A DNA stretch of 64,000 nucleotides from Macrostomum lignano (Eukaryota), in NCBI GenBank assembly GCA_002269645.1, contig NIVC01000109.1, forward strand, positions 731,670-795,669, in the 5' to 3' direction. Of the stretch, positions 59,087 through 64,000 are shown piece by piece. The notes under the pieces are model-generated. The model had not been told where the DNA came from. It saw only the letters and a list, made by a program, of their open reading frames with translations, and did not search any database. Numbering within the stretch: the first letter of the stretch is position 1; every line of letters begins with the position of its first letter. A program made the position numbers and the translations under genes.

Positions 59087-62000
59087 TCATCGGAGAGCCT
59101 GGCGCCCCATCACCAGCAGCAGAAGCAGCAGCGCAGGCCACGGCCTTGCAGAGGCGCCGGCCTTGAATCGCTCATTATTGATGTACTTTTGCACTTCCGA
59201 GTTCGGCGATGTTCTCGTTGTTGACTGAGGATCGGCGTTAGCCGATGGCGTAGCCACGCTGAGCCGCGCCGGCCGGCTGTCGCCGAACACCGACATCGTC
59301 TGGATCTCCACCACGTAGACGGTGCTGGGCTCCAGGTGGTAGATGTTGAACTGCCTCTCGCGCACGTCCACCACGCTGGTGTCCGAGCTGGCCGGGTCCA
59401 GGCGGGGCTCCAGACTGGCGGCTGAGCCGGGCAGTCCGGTCTCGTCGGCCGCTGGGCCCCAGGCGATGCGGAAGCCAGCGATGGCGTGCAGGGCGGTGTT
59501 GCCGGGGGCGGCCCAGCGGATTCTGATTACATAGTAGCGCTGCTGCTGCCGCTGGGATGGCGCCGCTGGCCTCGGCACCACCGACCAGTTCAGCAGGGTG
59601 GGCGGCTGCGGAGCTGACGGCACCTCTGCAGTGGGGATATCAGCTCCACTCAGCTCCTTCACGCATTGATCTCGCATCTCAATACCTCACGTCTCACATC
59701 TCAGCATCTCGTATCTCATGTCTCACATCTCCTACAACCAAATCTCATACTTAACCTAACACTGTCACATCTCAAATTATGGCATCTCCATTTCACAAAT
59801 CAAATCTCACAGCCCAGGTGCCACATCTGTCGCTCACCATCCCTGGGGCACATGGGGAACTGGTCGCCTCGAATTTGAGTCTCCTTGCAGCTCCTGGTGC
59901 AGAAGCAGGTGTTCCAGGTGAGCGCCACCTCGCCCGAATTTGTGATGCCTTTCACCTGGAGCGCGTAGTGACAGTTGAACTGCAAGCCTTGGATGGTGAA
60001 GGCCAAGGCGTCCTGTTGGCGGGTGGGAAGAGCGGCGCGATGTGAATGCTGTGTGTGAACTGTGAGTATCTAGTGTGAACTGTCAATATCTAGTGTGAAC
60101 TGTGAATAGCTAGTGTGAACTGTGAATATCTAGTGTGAACTGTGAATATCTAGTGTGAACTGTGAATAGCTAATTTGAGCTGTGAATATCTAGTGTGAAC
60201 TGTGAATATCTAGTGTGAACTGTGAATATCTAGTGTGAACTGTGAATATCTAGTGTGAACTGTGAATGTCTAGTGTGAACTGTGAATATCTAGTTTGAAC
60301 TGTGAATATCTAGTGTGAACTGTGAATGTCTAGTGTGAACTGTGAATTTTTGGTACGAACTGCGAACTCGGGTGAAAACTGTGAATACCCAAAGTAAATT
60401 GTGGCTCACCTGAACCAAAGCCTGCCTGGTTGCCAGGTCGCCAGTGGTCTCAGACTCGATGCAGACCCGCTGAGTCCACTTGATGATGTAGGCACTGACT
60501 GGCCTCTGTGGTTGCCGCCTCAGGCCTGAGAGGGTTGTGTGAACTTTTGGATTCAATTTGAGCTGTTTTGGGGATGGGACAGACGGTATGAGACAGTGTG
60601 GTATGAGAGTGTGGTATGACACAGTGTGGGATGGGACAGTGTGGGGTGGGACATTGTGGTATGGGACAGTGTGGGATGGGACAGTGTGGGATGGGACATT
60701 GTGGTATGAGACAGTGTGGTATGAGAGTGTGGTATGAGACAGTGTCGTATGAGAGTGTGGTATGACACAGTGTGGGATGGGACAGTGTGGGATGGGACAG
60801 TGTGGGATGGAACAGTGTGGGATGGACAGTGTGGGATGGGACAGATGGTGTGGGATGGGAGAGACGGTGTGGGATGGGACAGACGGTGTAGGATGGGACA
60901 GTGTGGGATGGGACAGATGGTGTGGGATGGGAGAGACGGTGTGGGATGGGACAGACGGTGTAGGATGGGACAGTGTGGGATGGGACAGATGGTGTGGGAT
61001 GGGAGAGACGGTGTGGGATGGGACAGATGGTGTGGGATGGGAGAGACGGTGTGGGATGGGACAGACGGTGTGGGATGGGACAGTGTTAATGGTGTTGATA
61101 GCGTCGCGTGAAACCTTGTGGGTTTTTTTGTAAGTCTGGGAAATTTGTACATGGCAGCTGCTGCTTCAAGTGCCAGAAATCACCGGCCCCCGGTCTGCTT
61201 CTTCCGCTCTTCTTCTGGCGGACAGCTAAATGTGGAATCCGTGTTCCCCGACACGGCGGACGAATCTGTCAAAGTCGTCCCCAGCTCCCAATCGTATTTT
61301 TTTGTTGACGCCGCCAACAAATTGCACCGACTGTCCCGCCGGGACACCGGCTGCAGTTGCGACCGCCACGGGCAGACAGCAGCTGCGCTTTGACAGGGGC
61401 TGGGCTGCTGCTGTATGCTAATTAGTAGCTAGCCAATGTTGTTTACCGGTTTTTCGTTTATCTCATATTTGGCTAGTTCTCCGTGTTATATCTCTCACAG
61501 TCTATCCTGATCTATCAGTTACTATATCTCACAGTCTATCCTGATCTATCAGCTATTATATCTCTCACTGTCTATTCCAGTCTATCAGTTATATCTCTCA
61601 CTATCTATTCCAGTCTATCAGTTATATCTCTCACTATCTATTCCAGTCTATCAGTTATATCTCTGTGTCTATCCTGATCTATGAGTTATATCTCTGGCTA
61701 TCCCAATCTATCAGTTCTATCTCTCATTGCCTATCCCAATCTATCAGTTCTATCTCTCACTGCCTATCCCAATCTATCAGTTCTATCTCTCACAGCCTAT
61801 CCTAATCTATCAGTTCTATCTCTCACTGTCTATCCCAATCTATCAGTTCTATCTCTCACTGCCTATCCTAATCTATCAGTTCTATCTCTCACTGTCTATC
61901 CCAATCTATCAGTTCTATCTCTCATTGCCTATCCCAATCTATCAGTTCTATCTCTCACTGCCTATCCCAATTTATCAGTTCTATCTCTCACAGCCTATCC

Positions 62001-62704
62001 TAATCTATCAGTTCTATCTCTCACAGCCTATCCTAATCTATCAGTTCTATCTCTCACAGCCTATCCTAATCTATCAGTTCTATCTCTCACAGCCTATCCT
62101 AATCTATCAGTTCTATCTCTCACAGCCTATCCTAATCTATCAGTTCTATCTCTCACAGCCTATCCTAATCTATCAGTTCTATCTCTCACTGTCTATCCTA
62201 ATCTATCAGTTCTATCTCTCACTGCATATCCCAATCCATCAAACCTCAGTCGCACCTGCATCAGCGCTGGGCCAGATGAGCAGCAAGTTGAGGCTGCCAG
62301 CCTCATAAAAAGGCGAGTTGATCAGCAGCGGCGAGGCGGGCCGGCTGTGGCAGGAGCAATCGAGCTCGTGAGCTGGGTGGTCCGCCCTGCCCAGCTGCTG
62401 CTGCAGCCGGCGCTGCAGCTCCGAGTTCGTCGAGACGCCGATCGACGGAGCTGAAAGAGAAACGAAAAAAGACAGAAACTTCAAAACTTCCAAATTCGTA
62501 TTTCTTTTTTGGAAATGAAAGCTCGCGCAATGATTGACTCATTTTGACATTCTGCCCACCATTTTGATCGCGAGGAGGCTGCGGCGGTGGCGGCGGTTTT
62601 GTCGGCGGCGTCGTGGGTGGCAGCAGGCGCGCTGTGGTTACATAAATTGTGACGTTCCTTGAGCGCAACTCGCTCTGGTAGCCGTAGTCTGCGATGGCTG
62701 CCAG
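59087..62704 (-). CDS. 3' part of an anosmin-1-like multi-FN3 extracellular protein; 5' end outside window
   Basis: Phase-consistent exons 62560-62704, 62256-62450, 60410-60525, 59838-60012, 59087-59670. FN3 motifs LLIWP..YIIKW, IQGLQFNCHYALQV, IRIRW..FRIAWG..LEPSTVYVVEIQ. Confidence 0.6.
60055..60345. repeat. 20-bp intronic minisatellite (TGTGAATATCTAGTGTGAAC)
   Basis: Seen directly. Confidence 0.9.
60575..61085. repeat. GTGTGGGATGGGACA-type intronic minisatellite
   Basis: Reverse complement of the ISCU-intron motif family. Confidence 0.9.
61490..62240. repeat. 33-bp intronic minisatellite (CTATCCTAATCTATCAGTTCTATCTCTCACAGC)
   Basis: Seen directly. Confidence 0.95.
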
Positions 62705-62789
62705 CTGTGTGTGACAGGTTGCTTTTAATGAAATTTTTAGTGCCTCAAAAAGTTTTAGTTGTTCGCTGATTTGTCAGTTTTTGGGTCAA

Positions 62790-63995
62790 TAAAGTTTGTG
62801 TCAGATATAGGTCAATAAAGTTTGTGTCAGATATGGGTCAATAAAGTTTGTGTCAGATATGGGTCAATAAAGTTTGTGTCAGATATGGGTCAATAAAGTT
62901 TGTGTCAGATATAGGTTAATAAAGTTTGTGTCAGATATGGGTCAATAAAGTTTGTGTCAGATATGGGTTAATAAAGTTTGTGTCAGATATGGGTCAATAA
63001 AGTTTGTGTCAGATATGGGTCAATAAAGTTTGTGTCAGATATGGGTCAATAAAGTTTGTCAGATATGGGTCAATAAAGTTTGTGTCAGATATGGGTTAAT
63101 AAAGTTTGTGTCAGATATGGGTCAATAAAGTTTGTGTCAGATATGGGTCAATAAAGTTTGTGTCAGATATGGGTCAATAAAGTTTGTGTCAGATATGGGT
63201 CAATAAAGTTTGTGTCAGATATGGGTTAATAAAGTTTGTGTCAGATATGGGTCAATAAAGTTTGTGTCAGATATGGGTCAATAAAGTTTGTGTCAGATAT
63301 GGGTTAATAAAGTTTGTGTCAGATATGGGTCAATAAAGTTTGTCAGATATGGGTCAATAAAGTTTGTGTCAGATATGGGTTAATAAAGTTTGTGTCAGAT
63401 ATGGGTCAATAAAGTTTGTGTCAGATATGGGTCAATAAAGTTTGTGTCAGATATGGGTCAATAAAGTTTGTGTCAGATATGGGTCAATAAAGTTTGTGTC
63501 AGATATGGGTCAATAAAGTTTGTGTCAGATATGGGTTAATAAAGTTTGTGTCAGATATGGGTCAATAAAGTTTGTGTCAGATATGGGTCAATAAAGTTTG
63601 TGTCAGATATGGGTTAATAAAGTTTGTGTCAGATATGGGTCAATAAAGTTTGTCAGATATGGGTCAATAAAGTTTGTGTCAGATATGGGTTAATAAAGTT
63701 TGTGTCAGATATGGGTTAATAAAGTTTGTGTCAGATATGGGTCAATAAAGTTTGTCAGATATGGGTCAATAAAGTTTGTGTCAGATATGGGTTAATAAAG
63801 TTTGTGTCAGATATGGGTCAATAAAGTTTGTGTCAGATATGGGTCAATAAAGTTTGTGTCAGATATGGGTCAATAAAGTTTGTGTCAGATATGGGTTAAT
63901 AAAGTTTGTGTCAGATATGGGTCAATAAAGTTTGTGTCAGATATAGGTCAATAAAGTTTGTCAGATATGGGTCAATAAAGTTTGTGTCAGATAAA
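62790..63995. repeat. 26-bp minisatellite (GGGTCAATAAAGTTTGTGTCAGATAT)
   Basis: Seen directly; presumably intronic in the FN3 gene. Confidence 0.95.
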
Positions 63996-64000
63996 CTTAG

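Overview
Eukaryotic (invertebrate animal) genomic DNA. GC-rich exons, GT-AG introns stuffed with minisatellites and apparent trans-splice acceptors suggest a flatworm such as Macrostomum (inference). 1-11 kb is a repeat and transposon nest: a Ty3/Gypsy deletion derivative with a tRNA-Glu PBS, a hAT MITE, a LINE RT fragment, microsatellites and a CORE-type SINE. 11.4-19.3 kb holds a spliced type-I membrane receptor (probable signal peptide, fucolectin/F5-8C-like domain, several C2-set Ig domains, TM helix, Tyr tail). 22-31 kb is a mosaic of rearranged copies of that receptor. It contains an intact 536-aa ORF fusing a Zn-finger/coiled-coil N-terminus to an alpha-SNAP domain, and a Polinton/adintovirus PolB+protease remnant split by a Mag-like Gypsy element with dissimilar LTRs. 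34-42.6 kb has RTE, Merlin-like and mariner remnants, and 36.8-42.6 kb is strongly CpG-depleted. 42.6-58.1 kb has SMPD4, a KLHL9/13/26-type BTB-BACK-Kelch gene and ISCU in tandem on +, with operon and spliced-leader signatures. 59-64 kb has an anosmin-like FN3 gene on -. Most ORFs in the supplied track are artefacts of tandem repeats.
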